Shown here piece by piece: positions 43,360 through 53,519 of a stretch of 61,614 nt of DNA; the stretch's first letter is position 1, and the number at the start of each line of letters is the position of its first letter. Source of the stretch: Pyrinomonadaceae bacterium (GTDB taxonomy: Bacteria > Acidobacteriota > Blastocatellia > Pyrinomonadales > Pyrinomonadaceae); contig DATDFT010000076.1 of assembly GCA_036522475.1 (NCBI GenBank), positions 1-61,614 of the forward strand, in the 5' to 3' direction. The position numbers and the translations under genes were made by a program. The notes under the pieces were generated by a model, which was not told the origin of the DNA, made no database searches, and worked only from the letters and a program-made list of their open reading frames with translations.

Positions 43360-43585
43360 CAAAAAGTTCCTATCGGCTCGAAGTCGCGGCTTCGCCGCCC
43401 GATGTGAGGCAAGGCTATGCCTTGCCGGACGACCTTTCTTTTTCAATGGCGGGCTATGCCCTCGGTTCGGGCTTAGCCCCCAAAGATTGCAGGCCAAAGG
43501 CCGCACCAGGGGCATAGCCCAGAATCTCTAATAGGACTCTCACGGCAAGGCTTAGCCTTGCCTCACATCAGGCGGCAAAGCCGCG
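43344..43585 (+). repeat. Repeat head module copy 2 plus a nested inverted-repeat element (eight short GC hairpins)
   Basis: The outer arms 43385..43427 and 43543..43585 are 43 nt with 3 mismatches. The inner arms are GGGCTATGCCC (43451..43461) and GGGGCATAGCCC (43509..43520). Small hairpins include GCGGC-TTC-GCCGC, GGCAAGGC-TAT-GCCTTGCC, GGGC-TTA-GCCC and GGCC-AAA-GGCC. Confidence 0.9.
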
Positions 43586-43633
43586 GCGGAAACGTAAAGA
43601 TGACCTTTTGTGGAAAGCCACTGGAGAATGCAA

Positions 43634-44341
43634 ATGGCGAGTGGTGGATTCAGTAATCAGGCGAAGATTTTAAGAGGCGCGTTCGTCGAGTTTGGCATCA
43701 GCCTGCCTCCTTTGCTGGTGGTATTTCAATTCAATCCGCTGCAAATCACGCGCTCGCGTACCGCGACGATCAATGCGCCGCAGACACCTGCGGGTTCGCA
43801 ACCCGCTCAAAGCGCCGGCTTCATTCAACAACTCGGCGCGAGTGGTCCAAAGGCGCTGCTGGACTTTCGCGCCGGACAGACGATCACAGTTGGGCAGGAA
43901 TCACTGAGCTTCGACATCCGCCTCGATGCAAGCGATCCGCGAAACGGAATTGCCGAAGAATTTGGTGTGGCGCCGCAGCTCTCGACGCTCGAGTTGATGA
44001 TGCTGCCGAAGAATCAGAGTCTGTTGGGCGGCGCAATCTCGGCCTTACTCGGCGGAGCTCCGAAGCAGTTCGCTTTTTTCGACGAAGCAAAGAATCCACC
44101 GATCATCCTTTTCATCTGGGGACGCAAAAAGGTGATGCCGGTAAACATCAAGAGCATGTCGATCAAGGAGGAGGAATTCAGCACTGAATTGAATCCGCTG
44201 CGCGTGACGGTAACCGTCAGCCTCGAAGTGATGGAAGGAACGAATGCGCCCTTCCTTTATACACAGGCAATGAAGGAAGTCATGTCGCTGCTGAACCTCG
44301 CAAACATCGGCGACATCGCGAACACGATAGTGCCTGCTTGA
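43634..44341 (+). CDS. Second tube-family protein (Afp5/Cis5-like, baseplate-proximal tube)
   Basis: Start moved to the ATG 5 nt after GGAGAA. The N-terminal signature is GAFVEFGISLPPLLVVFQFNPLQITRSR. The C-terminus is VNIKSMSIKEEEFSTELNPLRVTVTVSLEVME. Confidence 0.7.
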   Translation: MASGGFSNQAKILRGAFVEFGISLPPLLVVFQFNPLQITRSRTATINAPQTPAGSQPAQSAGFIQQLGASGPKALLDFRAGQTITVGQESLSFDIRLDASDPRNGIAEEFGVAPQLSTLELMMLPKNQSLLGGAISALLGGAPKQFAFFDEAKNPPIILFIWGRKKVMPVNIKSMSIKEEEFSTELNPLRVTVTVSLEVMEGTNAPFLYTQAMKEVMSLLNLANIGDIANTIVPA

Positions 44342-44343
44342 TT

Positions 44344-45138
44344 ATGTTTATTAAGGGTTCACGTTATCGAAACCTTCCCGAGTCGAGTCCGGTAGATGCT
44401 TCCGGCGAGCGGCTCCAGGGTAAGGATCTGCGCGAGATCCCGCCACCCCTGGCAGGAACGTTTCAGCATACGGTGCACCAGGGAGACCGCCTCGACCTGT
44501 TGTCCTTTAAGTATTACACCGACCCGACGAAGTGGTGGCAGATAGCCGATGCAAATCCACAAGAACAGTTCCCACCGGATCTACTCGATCGTGGCCCGCT
44601 GACCAAAGAGCGTTTTGTGCTTAGTAGTCCGGGCTTTGGAACGCGTCTGCGCCAATTGGAAGAGGTTGAGTTATCGGGTATCGCCCAGGTCACCAGGCTT
44701 GAAGCTACTTCGTTCGATGACGAAAAGCCGGTCGAACCGAGTTTCGTCGAGACTACGCTCATCATGAAGTACGCTCCGGCAACGGCCACACATCAGACCA
44801 TAGTCAACAAAATCGAATCGGTAAATGTTGGATTTCACTTCTTGCGCGCCTTTACGTACCAGGAGACACCCGACACCGTCGAGGCATTCACTTTTGACGA
44901 TCCAGCCACTCGTAACGCCTGGCGCAACATGGTCGCCAAACTGATGGAGATAGGAGTGCTCGATCTGACGTCGATGGTCGTCGAAGGCACACTCGATTTG
45001 ACTTACAACAACGCCATCACTCCGCGTGAGTCAATTCGAACAGTCATAGAGTCAAACGGTTTCACTGTGGAACCGGCGACAACTACATTTCCCGCGGTGG
45101 GCAGCAAAATCCTGATCCCGCCGTACCAGACCGTCTAA
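44344..45138 (+). CDS. LysM-like baseplate protein (P2 gpX-like N-terminus)
   Basis: HTVHQGDRLDLLSFKYYTDPTKWWQIADANP is a LysM/gpX-type motif. The gene is stop/start coupled with the upstream gene. Confidence 0.65.
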   Translation: MFIKGSRYRNLPESSPVDASGERLQGKDLREIPPPLAGTFQHTVHQGDRLDLLSFKYYTDPTKWWQIADANPQEQFPPDLLDRGPLTKERFVLSSPGFGTRLRQLEEVELSGIAQVTRLEATSFDDEKPVEPSFVETTLIMKYAPATATHQTIVNKIESVNVGFHFLRAFTYQETPDTVEAFTFDDPATRNAWRNMVAKLMEIGVLDLTSMVVEGTLDLTYNNAITPRESIRTVIESNGFTVEPATTTFPAVGSKILIPPYQTV

Positions 45139-45150
45139 CAGGAGCACGAC

Positions 45151-46266
45151 ATGCCGCAGGTGGCTGCCACAATCTCGATCGAAGATGAAGCTGCACCCGA
45201 TCTGTTTCTGTCGCTGCTCGACATGGACATCGAGGAAGATCATCGCATGGCTGCCAGCTTCAGAATCAAAGTGGCTATCAGTCGCCAGGATGACGGTCTG
45301 TGGACACTGCTGGAAGATGAGCGCATCAAGCCCTGGGCCAAGGTGACGATCGGTGTGAACGTTTCTGACGAGGAGCAGGACATCCTCACCGGTTACATCA
45401 CACAGCTAAAGCCTCACATCGCTCCCGATGAGAACGGTTCCTACCTCGAGATCTATGGAATGGACTCGACTTGTTTGATGAGTCTGGAAGAGAAGATCAA
45501 AGCGTGGCCCAACATGAGCGATAGCGATATCGCCACTCAGATATTCTCCGACTACAACCTGACGCCGGAAGTGGACGCCACCGAGGTCACTCACGACGAA
45601 GCAGTGGCGACCATCACTCAACGCGATACCGACATTCGCTTCCTGAAAGGCCTCGCGCGGCGAAATGGATTTGAATGTTTCGTCGACGGCGACACGGGTT
45701 TTTTCCGCAAGCCGGTGTTGGACAGTGAACCGCTGCCGTATCTCGCGGCCCACTTTGGCGGCGAGACAAACCTGATCAGCTTCGACGCGAAACTGAATTC
45801 GCTGCGCCCAACGAAAATCGAAATGCACCAGATCGATATCGTGGCCAAGGAGGTTCAGGACTCGCTCGTAGAAACCGGCGAACAGGTGCAGCTCGGGCGC
45901 GACCGCGCTGAATCGATCACCGTGCCGAATGGAATAGTTCCACGCATGTTCGTCAGGCAGACAGTCTCCGTCAATCAGCCCGAGATGGAAAACCTCTGCA
46001 ACGCGCTTTTCGACGAAGCGGAATGGTTGATTGAAGCCAGCGGAGAAGTTGAGACAGCACTCTATGGCTCGGTACTGCGCGCGAAAAGCCTCGTGCCGAT
46101 CAAAGGTGTGGGTGAAGTTTTCAGCGGGACTTATTACATCACCAACGTGAAGCACTCATTTAAGACAGACAAGTACACACAACAATTCAGAGCCAGGCGC
46201 AATGCACTCGCTCCCGCCGGAGATGAGGACTTCGGTGCCGGGGGTTCGCCACTCGGAGGGCTCTGA
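45151..46266 (+). CDS. Phage late-control gpD-like baseplate hub protein (Afp7/Cis7-like)
   Basis: 371 aa. The C-terminal signature GTYYITNVKHSFKTDKYTQQFRARRNAL is typical of the gpD / VgrG N-terminal family. Confidence 0.8.
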   Translation: MPQVAATISIEDEAAPDLFLSLLDMDIEEDHRMAASFRIKVAISRQDDGLWTLLEDERIKPWAKVTIGVNVSDEEQDILTGYITQLKPHIAPDENGSYLEIYGMDSTCLMSLEEKIKAWPNMSDSDIATQIFSDYNLTPEVDATEVTHDEAVATITQRDTDIRFLKGLARRNGFECFVDGDTGFFRKPVLDSEPLPYLAAHFGGETNLISFDAKLNSLRPTKIEMHQIDIVAKEVQDSLVETGEQVQLGRDRAESITVPNGIVPRMFVRQTVSVNQPEMENLCNALFDEAEWLIEASGEVETALYGSVLRAKSLVPIKGVGEVFSGTYYITNVKHSFKTDKYTQQFRARRNALAPAGDEDFGAGGSPLGGL

Positions 46267-46970
46267 TGGTCGAAGAGTTGTTGGCGCGTTTGGTTGAAAA
46301 GGTTGAAGGACGTTTCTACGGAAAGTACCGGGCTCTGGTCGTCGACAACGGGGACCCCGAAAAACGAGGGCGTTTGAAATTGAAAATACCCAGCGTGTTG
46401 GGAAACGAAGTGGTTTCAGGCTGGGCTTTGCCATGTGCGCCGTACGGCGGCGCTGCCGATCAGGGTTTCTATTTTATCCCGGAGGTCGATTCGGCAGTGT
46501 GGGTCGAGTTCGAATCGGGGTTGCTGGATTACCCGATCTGGGTGGGAACGTTCTGGTCCAAGCCCGGTGGAAATAGCGAGGTGCCAAAGCCGAATGGTGT
46601 GGATGGGACAGAAGAGTCAGATGTTCAGAGTCCACCGACACGAAAGATCATCAAGACGCTGAAGGGTCACACGATTCAGCTTGAAGATGCTGACGACGGC
46701 GACCTGGTGATGCTGCTGGAAGCAACGAACGGAAATCTGATCGTGATGAACTCCGATGGGATCAAGATCGTCGATGGCAAGAACAAAACCACGATCACTC
46801 TGGACGACAACGGATTGAAGATCGAAGCCGCGAAGGACATCGAGTTGAAGGCTGACGGCGGCGTCAAGATTACAGCAGGTAAGGACCTCGAGTTGAAAGC
46901 CACCGGCGACATCAAGATGGATGCGGTAAATGTGAAAGTCAAAGTATCGGCTGCGATGGATGTGAGCTAA
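46266..46970 (+). CDS. Spike protein (gp5 OB-fold / P2 gpV-like, Afp8/Cis8-like) with a C-terminal beta-helix
   Basis: GKYRALVVDNGDPEKRGRLKLKIPSVLG...GFYFIPEVDSAVWVEFESGLLDYPIWVGTFW. Then a repetitive beta-helix follows (IKIVDGKNKTTITLDDNGLKIEAAKDIELKADGGVKITAGKDLELKATGDIKM). Confidence 0.85.
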   Translation: MVEELLARLVEKVEGRFYGKYRALVVDNGDPEKRGRLKLKIPSVLGNEVVSGWALPCAPYGGAADQGFYFIPEVDSAVWVEFESGLLDYPIWVGTFWSKPGGNSEVPKPNGVDGTEESDVQSPPTRKIIKTLKGHTIQLEDADDGDLVMLLEATNGNLIVMNSDGIKIVDGKNKTTITLDDNGLKIEAAKDIELKADGGVKITAGKDLELKATGDIKMDAVNVKVKVSAAMDVS

Positions 46971-46973
46971 ACG

Positions 46974-47336
46974 ATGCCAGGAGTCTTAACAGAAGGAAGC
47001 AACGTCACCTGCGGACACAGTCCCGGCAAGGTGTCGACTACTGGTTCGTCGAAGTTAAAGGTCAGTGGTCAAGCGGTGTTGCTGAAAGATGGAATCAACG
47101 GGAAATCAGTTAGCGGCTGTGGGACTCCACCCGCTTCCGATGTCTCAGGTCCGACAGCGATACCTTGTCTAACGGTGACTACCGTAACAACAGGTGAAGC
47201 GACCAAGCTCACGATTGGTGGCGCTCCCGTAATGCTGGACACGCTGGCAGGTCAAACCGATGGAATGGTTGGGAAGGTCACTCCGCAACTGTTGTTATCG
47301 GCGACGGCGGTGCAGACGAAACTGACAACAAGTTAA
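46974..47336 (+). CDS. PAAR-like spike-tip protein (Afp10/Cis10 position)
   Basis: 120 aa immediately after the spike gene. It is Gly/Val/Thr-rich with conserved-looking Cys (NVTCGH, SGCGTPP, IPCL). No canonical PAAR triplets were seen, so the call rests on size, position and composition. Confidence 0.5.
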   Translation: MPGVLTEGSNVTCGHSPGKVSTTGSSKLKVSGQAVLLKDGINGKSVSGCGTPPASDVSGPTAIPCLTVTTVTTGEATKLTIGGAPVMLDTLAGQTDGMVGKVTPQLLLSATAVQTKLTTS

Positions 47337-47341
47337 TTGAT

Positions 47342-47701
47342 ATGGACAAGACTGGCTGGTCATTCCCATTCAACATCAACGAGCTCGGGCGCGTCGATAC
47401 CGCCTCGGGCAATGACGACATTCGCAACAAGGTCTTGCAGGTGTTGCTGACGTCTCCGGGTGAACGGGTCAACTTGCCGGAATTCGGCTGCGGCTTACGC
47501 GACCTTGTTTTCGATCCGAATAACGAGATCCTCGCAGCGACTACTGAATTCACGGTCCGAAAGTCTCTGCAACGCTGGCTCGCCGAAGACATCATTGTTC
47601 AGGCCGTGGACATACATAACGACGAAAGCTCAGTGATGGTCGAAGTAGCTTACTTGAGACGAGATCAATTACAGGCGGACAAAGTGAAGATAACTTTTTA
47701 G
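47342..47701 (+). CDS. Baseplate wedge protein gp25 / GPW family (Afp9/Cis9-like)
   Basis: WSFPFNINELGRVDTASGNDDIRNKVLQVLLTSPGERVNLPEFGCGLRDLVFDPN is the classic GPW_gp25 signature. Confidence 0.9.
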   Translation: MDKTGWSFPFNINELGRVDTASGNDDIRNKVLQVLLTSPGERVNLPEFGCGLRDLVFDPNNEILAATTEFTVRKSLQRWLAEDIIVQAVDIHNDESSVMVEVAYLRRDQLQADKVKITF

Positions 47702-47721
47702 ACGCGATACGGAGCTGAGTA

Positions 47722-49326
47722 ATGGCCATTATCAATCTCAGGGAAAACCGCCAGGTCATCGATTACCTGGCCCGCGACTACAACAGCTTTCGCAAAGCGT
47801 TAGTCGATCTGATACCGGCGAAGCTGCCTGAGTGGACCGATCGTTCAGAGGCAGACTTCGGCGTCGCGCTGGTGGAGTTGTTCGCCTACATGGCGGATAT
47901 TTTGAGTTACTACCAGGACCGCATCGCGAATGAAGCTTTTCTCACGACCGCACAGGAACGTCGCAGTGTAATCAATCACCTTCGGCTCATCGGCTACGAG
48001 ATGACTCCGGCATCCGCCGCGTCCACCACGTTGAATCTCATCGTCGGGAATGCCGTGACGCTACCTTTTGAAGTACGAAAAGGAGATCAATTCGCCACCA
48101 AGGGCGCCAAAGATCGCAAGAGTGTGACTTTCGAGTACACGGGAGACAAACCACTCGTGATCGATCCGGTCACGATGCCTTCCGTGCCGGCAAAAAATCC
48201 GGATGGCTCGCCACTCATCGGTTCCAAAGAATTCCAGAATGTGATTCCCGTCCGTGAAGGCAAAACGATCTCAAACGAAGTGATCGGCGTTTCTGATGGC
48301 CGGCCAAATCAGCGCTACACGCTGGCCCAACCGAACTTGTTGCAAGGCTCGCTGGAAATCGTCGTCGACACGACGGTGCCGACGCCGGCGTGGCGACTGC
48401 GGGACAAACTAATCTTCAGCCGCCGTGCGGTCACTCCCGAACAGCTTGTTGCTCTCGAAGCTCAGGAACGCATCGGCTCGACACTCGCATTCAGCGGTGA
48501 CACAGATACCGATTACGCGATCGAGACAGATGAGGACAACGTGACGACAGTGATCTTTGGCGACGGGCAGTACGGGAGAATCCCTCCAACCGGTCGCCGA
48601 ATTATCGCGAGTTACAGAACCGGTGGCGGCGCAGTGGGCAATGTCGGCAAAGAACAGATCACGCAAATACTCAAAGGCCCGCAACTACAGTTGCTCGGAA
48701 TAAAAGTGATCAATCGAGCTCCGGCGAGCGGAGGCGCGGAACGCGAGTCGATCGATCAGGCAATCAAGTATGCGCCTTCGGTGTTTGCCTCGATGCAGCG
48801 TGCAGTCACTGCTCAGGACTACGTGGCCCAGGCGAGACTCTTCCCCGGAGTTTCGAAGGCCCGCGCGGAAGCTGCAAGTTGGAATATCGTCAAGCTCTAC
48901 ATCGCTCCCACCGGTCAGGGCGAACCTCCAACGGACGTGATGAAGCGCGATCTGCTTACTTACTTCGAAGACAAACGCATGCTGACCAGCATCATCGAGA
49001 TCGAGAGTCCTGACTACGTGAAGATCGATGTCCAGGCCAACGTCGTAGCGCAGCGCCATTTTAGAAACAGCGACGTACTGGACGACGCTGATACGGCGGT
49101 GAGGGACTTATTTGATTTCGAAAAGGTTGACTTCAAGCAGACGCTGTATCTCAGCAAGATTTACGAAAAGCTCGAAGCACTCGACGGTGTTGACAGTGTG
49201 TTTGTCAGCCGTTTTCAGCGGGCCGATGCTGGAGCAGGCATCGCAACGGATGGCTTGATTCAACTTCTGGAAAATGAAATTCCCTTGATGGGCCAACTCG
49301 TCATCAACGTGAGCGGAGGCGTTTAG
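47722..49326 (+). CDS. Baseplate J / gp6-like protein (Afp11/Cis11-like)
   Basis: DYNSFRKALVDLIPAKLPEWTDRSEADFGVALVELFAYMADILSYYQDRIANEAFLTTA, and C-terminal GGAERESIDQAIKYAP. Confidence 0.9.
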   Translation: MAIINLRENRQVIDYLARDYNSFRKALVDLIPAKLPEWTDRSEADFGVALVELFAYMADILSYYQDRIANEAFLTTAQERRSVINHLRLIGYEMTPASAASTTLNLIVGNAVTLPFEVRKGDQFATKGAKDRKSVTFEYTGDKPLVIDPVTMPSVPAKNPDGSPLIGSKEFQNVIPVREGKTISNEVIGVSDGRPNQRYTLAQPNLLQGSLEIVVDTTVPTPAWRLRDKLIFSRRAVTPEQLVALEAQERIGSTLAFSGDTDTDYAIETDEDNVTTVIFGDGQYGRIPPTGRRIIASYRTGGGAVGNVGKEQITQILKGPQLQLLGIKVINRAPASGGAERESIDQAIKYAPSVFASMQRAVTAQDYVAQARLFPGVSKARAEAASWNIVKLYIAPTGQGEPPTDVMKRDLLTYFEDKRMLTSIIEIESPDYVKIDVQANVVAQRHFRNSDVLDDADTAVRDLFDFEKVDFKQTLYLSKIYEKLEALDGVDSVFVSRFQRADAGAGIATDGLIQLLENEIPLMGQLVINVSGGV

Positions 49327-52121
49327 TGCAGGTCCTGGATTTAACAGCTGAGGCCCACCCGAATGGTAATCGAGTGGATCTTGTGTGGAAAAATCCCACT
49401 GAAGCGAACTTCAGAGGAGTGAAGATTCTCCGGCGTGAAGTTACGTATCCGGAACTGCCTGCTGACCTGAATTCGATCTTCCAGATCCACGATGAACCGA
49501 TCGCCCTCACTCCGGCCGGCGCAGACGCACACTTTTCCGATGTCGGACTCAAGAGTGAAACCGTTTACTACTACGCGGTCGCCGCCTACGACGATACTCT
49601 GCCTACTCCCAAACATTTTCCCGTTTTCATTTCGTGCATGCCGACAGGTGCTTACGGAAGTGCCGGCACGATGTATAGAAACCTGCCGGCGCTCTATCAA
49701 CGGTTTGATCTGTTGAAGCCTCCGAATGCGCCGGAAGTCGATCCGGATGACAAAGACAAGGGGCAGTTGCTGCGTTTTATGGAACTGGTCGGACCGCAGT
49801 TTGACTTGTTGCGCAGCTTTGCACGAGCAGGACGTGACTTCTCCGACGTCAACCGCATCGACGGCGACCTGTTGCCGCTGCTCGCTGATTGGATTGGTTG
49901 GGAGAGTGGATTCAATCTGCCGCTCGCCAAACAGCGCAACGAGCTCAACTATGCGCCGCACTTTTATCGGACCACCGGAATCGCCGCGAACTTACGTGCG
50001 ACGCTCAATCGAGTCACGCCGTGGCCGTTGCAGATGAAAGAGTTCGTTCACAACGTCTTTCTTTCAAACCATCCCGAGCAACTGCACATCTGGGAAATCG
50101 ATCAACTTGGCGTTGCCGGACACGATCCGCAAATGGTTACGATCGACATGGCCTATGAAGGTAAGCCTGTCGCTCTTCAAGCCGCTGACGGCAGGGTCTG
50201 GCTCTTCTATCATGCCCGTCGATCAGTGCCGACTCCTCAAGGCCCCGAAGATCATTTTCAGACTTATTACAAGATCAACGATCAGGGTCGATGGCTGCCC
50301 TCGCGACGTGTGACCGAAGGGACCGCCGACAAATATCCGGCAGCGATTCAAAGAGCCGACGGAAGTTTCTGGTTGTTCTGGACCGCACACGAAGACGTTG
50401 GCGGCGCCGTCCTGCCGCAGATCAGAAGTGAGATCTTCGCGGCCGGCCGCGATGCAATCCGTCCACGCAGACTCGGAACTCTTTCAGGACCATTCGCTGT
50501 TGCGGATGGCGACCTGTTTCGCATAACGGTGACTTTAGGCACTCAAACTGTCACGCGGCGAGTCAGGCTGCACCTGGAATACTTTCACACGGTCAATCTG
50601 GTAACTGCTACTGCCACTGCAACGGCTCAGGAGATGGCGGCTGTACTGAACCGCGAGATACCGGGCGTTGAAGTCAGCGTCAATAAAGACGGACAAATTT
50701 TGATCGAGGCAATCGCTGCCGGCAGTACGTCGAGCCTTGACCTGCCGGCATCCACCGTTGCAACAACGCTTGGTCTGGCCACCGGTCTCACTGCGGGAGC
50801 TGATGCGACTTCAGCTCAGTTGTTGAGCAACGCTGGACCAATCAATTTGGCTCCGGACGACACGCTCACGATTCGCATCGATTCGAACGCAACCGCCACG
50901 ATCACTTTTAAGGCGACTGACTTTGCGAATATCACGACGGCAACTGCGGCGGAGATTTCAGCCGCGATAAACAAGGTTCAGCCCGGAATTGCTAAAGATA
51001 GTGGCGGCCGAGTAATGCTTGCGTCGCAGACAGCGGGCGAAGGTTCGTTTGTCACTGTGGTGACGGATCCTTCGAGTGCGGGGCCAAAGCTTGGTTTCGG
51101 AGTTTCGCTTCCCGTGGCTTCGCCCAACCCTGCGGCTGACAGTGAACCGAGTGCATTCAAAGATGCAGGCAACAACGTTTGGCTGTTCTGGAGCTCGCGG
51201 CGCGGTGGTGGTTGGAACGTTTGGTACAACCGTTTTGATGGAACTAATTGGGGCGTAGCGAAACCATTAACTATCGGAAGCGAATCCGATCGCGAGCCGT
51301 GCGCTGTGTTCGATCCAGCAGGAAGGATCTGGGTGTTCTGGAGCCGCAAGAAGAATAACGGTCTCTGGAATATTTTTTATCGCACCACGACTCAGTTGGA
51401 CTTCAATCTCCTGACAGACGCTCTTTGGAGTGTGGAACGCGAGCTCACCCCGATTCCAACGACTTTTGACAACAAAGAACCGGCCGCGGTTGTGACTGCC
51501 GCGAACACAGTCCAACTGTTCTTCGCTTCGAATGTAACTGACGGATTCCATATCAGGTCTGCCGTTATCACACCCGCGAATCAGGCAGCCGATCAGCCTC
51601 ATACTTCCGGCCAGTTCAGTCATCACGCTCCTGCCGCACTGCGAGTGGCGAACGTAACGCGTCTCCTGTTTCGCAGCAACGAGAGCGTCTCTTATTCCAG
51701 CAATCTCTACCCGACCGCGGTAACTATCGACGCGCGTTATGCCGGATCGACTACGACTGATACAGACAACACCTTGAAACTCGGAAATCATGAAAAGTTT
51801 GAAGACATCGAGGGTTACATCTTTGATACCGAGACAGGCTCAGACAACTGGTACGCGCGAAACGTGATCGGGATCTTCGTTTCTGCAAACACAAACGATC
51901 AGGACGTAATCAACCGCACTTTGATCAGCATTGAAGGCGCCGTGAAACGCTTTCTGCCGATCCAGGTGCGCGTAGTTTTAATACTCGAGAGTCTGGCCGG
52001 GTTCCTTTTCCTTCGAACCTGGAAGGCGGGAGTACCAAGCGGCGAATTGCCGGACCTTAACGTGGCGCCTCCGGATCTCTCATTTCGCCTCTTTCAGCCA
52101 GGCGTGACCGAAGGAGTATGA
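49326..52121 (+). CDS. Giant baseplate protein, P2 gpI-like N-terminus (Afp12/Cis12 position), with W-rich propeller-like repeats and two inserted sheath-type modules
   Basis: YRNLPALYQRFD, LLRFMELVGPQFDLL, LLPLLADWIGWE and NYAPHFYRTTGIAANLRATLNRV match the gpI-like tail protein family. Repeats GRVWLFYHARR, GSFWLFWTAHED, NNVWLFWSSRRGGGWNVWYNRF and GRIWVFWSRKKNNGLWNIFYR follow. Confidence 0.8.
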   Translation: MQVLDLTAEAHPNGNRVDLVWKNPTEANFRGVKILRREVTYPELPADLNSIFQIHDEPIALTPAGADAHFSDVGLKSETVYYYAVAAYDDTLPTPKHFPVFISCMPTGAYGSAGTMYRNLPALYQRFDLLKPPNAPEVDPDDKDKGQLLRFMELVGPQFDLLRSFARAGRDFSDVNRIDGDLLPLLADWIGWESGFNLPLAKQRNELNYAPHFYRTTGIAANLRATLNRVTPWPLQMKEFVHNVFLSNHPEQLHIWEIDQLGVAGHDPQMVTIDMAYEGKPVALQAADGRVWLFYHARRSVPTPQGPEDHFQTYYKINDQGRWLPSRRVTEGTADKYPAAIQRADGSFWLFWTAHEDVGGAVLPQIRSEIFAAGRDAIRPRRLGTLSGPFAVADGDLFRITVTLGTQTVTRRVRLHLEYFHTVNLVTATATATAQEMAAVLNREIPGVEVSVNKDGQILIEAIAAGSTSSLDLPASTVATTLGLATGLTAGADATSAQLLSNAGPINLAPDDTLTIRIDSNATATITFKATDFANITTATAAEISAAINKVQPGIAKDSGGRVMLASQTAGEGSFVTVVTDPSSAGPKLGFGVSLPVASPNPAADSEPSAFKDAGNNVWLFWSSRRGGGWNVWYNRFDGTNWGVAKPLTIGSESDREPCAVFDPAGRIWVFWSRKKNNGLWNIFYRTTTQLDFNLLTDALWSVERELTPIPTTFDNKEPAAVVTAANTVQLFFASNVTDGFHIRSAVITPANQAADQPHTSGQFSHHAPAALRVANVTRLLFRSNESVSYSSNLYPTAVTIDARYAGSTTTDTDNTLKLGNHEKFEDIEGYIFDTETGSDNWYARNVIGIFVSANTNDQDVINRTLISIEGAVKRFLPIQVRVVLILESLAGFLFLRTWKAGVPSGELPDLNVAPPDLSFRLFQPGVTEGV

Positions 52122-53491
52122 CGATGGGCGATTTTTCAAGAGACCCTGAAACAACTTTCCAGGACGCAATCAACAAAAACTATTGCCGCGTCCGATTCCA
52201 GCAAGGCAAACCTCTGTTGGACCGCGAACTGAATCTGTTAGGAGACATTGCCAGCCCGCAGCGATTCGCGGGCGTGAATTTTGGTAACGGTGTGCGCGGT
52301 GAGGGAAACGATTTTCTGATCACCGGACTCAGCGTTCCCAACAACGACTTTACGATCACGGCCGGCACTTGTCTGGTGAATGGTCTCGAAGCCGTCCTCG
52401 GCGCAAACGTCAGTTACAAGAACCAGCCGAACAATGACAACGTTGCCGCATTGCCGGGCGGTGCAAGCAACGTCTACCTGCGTGTGTTTAGAACCGAAAC
52501 TGCCGGCGCGGACGACGCGCTTCTCTTGAATGCCGGCGACGTGGGCTCTGAGACGGCGATTCGGGAAAAGGTGGATTGGGAAGTACTGGTTACCACGCAA
52601 AACATCGATGCCATCGATCATTTTCTGCTGGCGTCAATCAACACTGCCGGACCGAGTGTTCAAGATCGCCGACGCAAAGGTCTGAATGTCGGGTCGATAC
52701 GTGATGAAGTAACCACTGCGCGTGGCTCAACTCCGCAACTCGCTTTGCGGCTCAATGCCAGCCTGACAGCGGCGGGCGCTCTGCTGCCGAACATAGTTAC
52801 CGGTAACCAGATCGCTGATAACGGTGTTTCAACCACCAAGATCGCCGACAACGCAGTCGTCACTCAGAAGATTGCGGACAATGCTGTTACCTCGCAGAAG
52901 ATCGCGGACAACGCGGTTGTCACTCAGAAGATCGCCGACAACGCTGTTACCTCGCAGAAGATCGCCGACAACGCCGTGACGGTGTCCGAGATCGCGGACA
53001 ATTCGGTAGTCACGAACAAGATCGCAAACAACGCCGTCATCGGCAGCAAGATCGCAGACGGCAATATCACGTCAACCAAGATCGCTGCTCAGGCGGTTAC
53101 CGAACCGTCACTCGCAAACAATTCGGTTTCCAATCGGACCATCGTCGCCGGAGCTGTTTCAATCGCGAAGATGAATGCGTCGCAGATCGTGAACCTCCAG
53201 GTTACGGTGGCCGCAGCGCCCGCCGCAGGACAGCGCTCAGAAGCGGTCGTGACGATCCAGGAATCAGATGACACGGCATTCTTTCTCGTGAGTTGTCACT
53301 TTGATGGTCCACGTCCGGCCCTTCCTCCGCAAGCGATCTTATCGAGAACTTTTGACTGGCAATACAGAGTGGCACTCGCGAAGCCTCCGGGCCAGCAACT
53401 CTTTCGTCACTTTCACCAGGTAGTGATCCAGAATCCCAACACCGTAGAGATCACCGTCACTGTTCGCGGATTTCGGTTAGCTGAGACTTAA
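52118..53491 (+). CDS. Fibre-like protein with decapeptide repeats (Afp13/Cis13 position)
   Basis: An ATGA overlap joins it to the baseplate gene. The N-terminal module is YCRVRFQQGKPLLDRELNLLGD. About 12 tandem 10-residue repeats of type KIADNAV(V/T)xQ lie at 52802..53170. Confidence 0.65.
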   Translation: MTMGDFSRDPETTFQDAINKNYCRVRFQQGKPLLDRELNLLGDIASPQRFAGVNFGNGVRGEGNDFLITGLSVPNNDFTITAGTCLVNGLEAVLGANVSYKNQPNNDNVAALPGGASNVYLRVFRTETAGADDALLLNAGDVGSETAIREKVDWEVLVTTQNIDAIDHFLLASINTAGPSVQDRRRKGLNVGSIRDEVTTARGSTPQLALRLNASLTAAGALLPNIVTGNQIADNGVSTTKIADNAVVTQKIADNAVTSQKIADNAVVTQKIADNAVTSQKIADNAVTVSEIADNSVVTNKIANNAVIGSKIADGNITSTKIAAQAVTEPSLANNSVSNRTIVAGAVSIAKMNASQIVNLQVTVAAAPAAGQRSEAVVTIQESDDTAFFLVSCHFDGPRPALPPQAILSRTFDWQYRVALAKPPGQQLFRHFHQVVIQNPNTVEITVTVRGFRLAET

Positions 53492-53519
53492 GAAACGCAT
53501 GCGCAAGTGAGAGAAAATT

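Noticed and set aside
43210-43531. ORFs 43337..43531 (plus) and 43210..43515 (minus) in the intra-operon gap
   Set aside because: They are translations of the nested inverted-repeat element. They have no RBS and mirror each other on the two strands.
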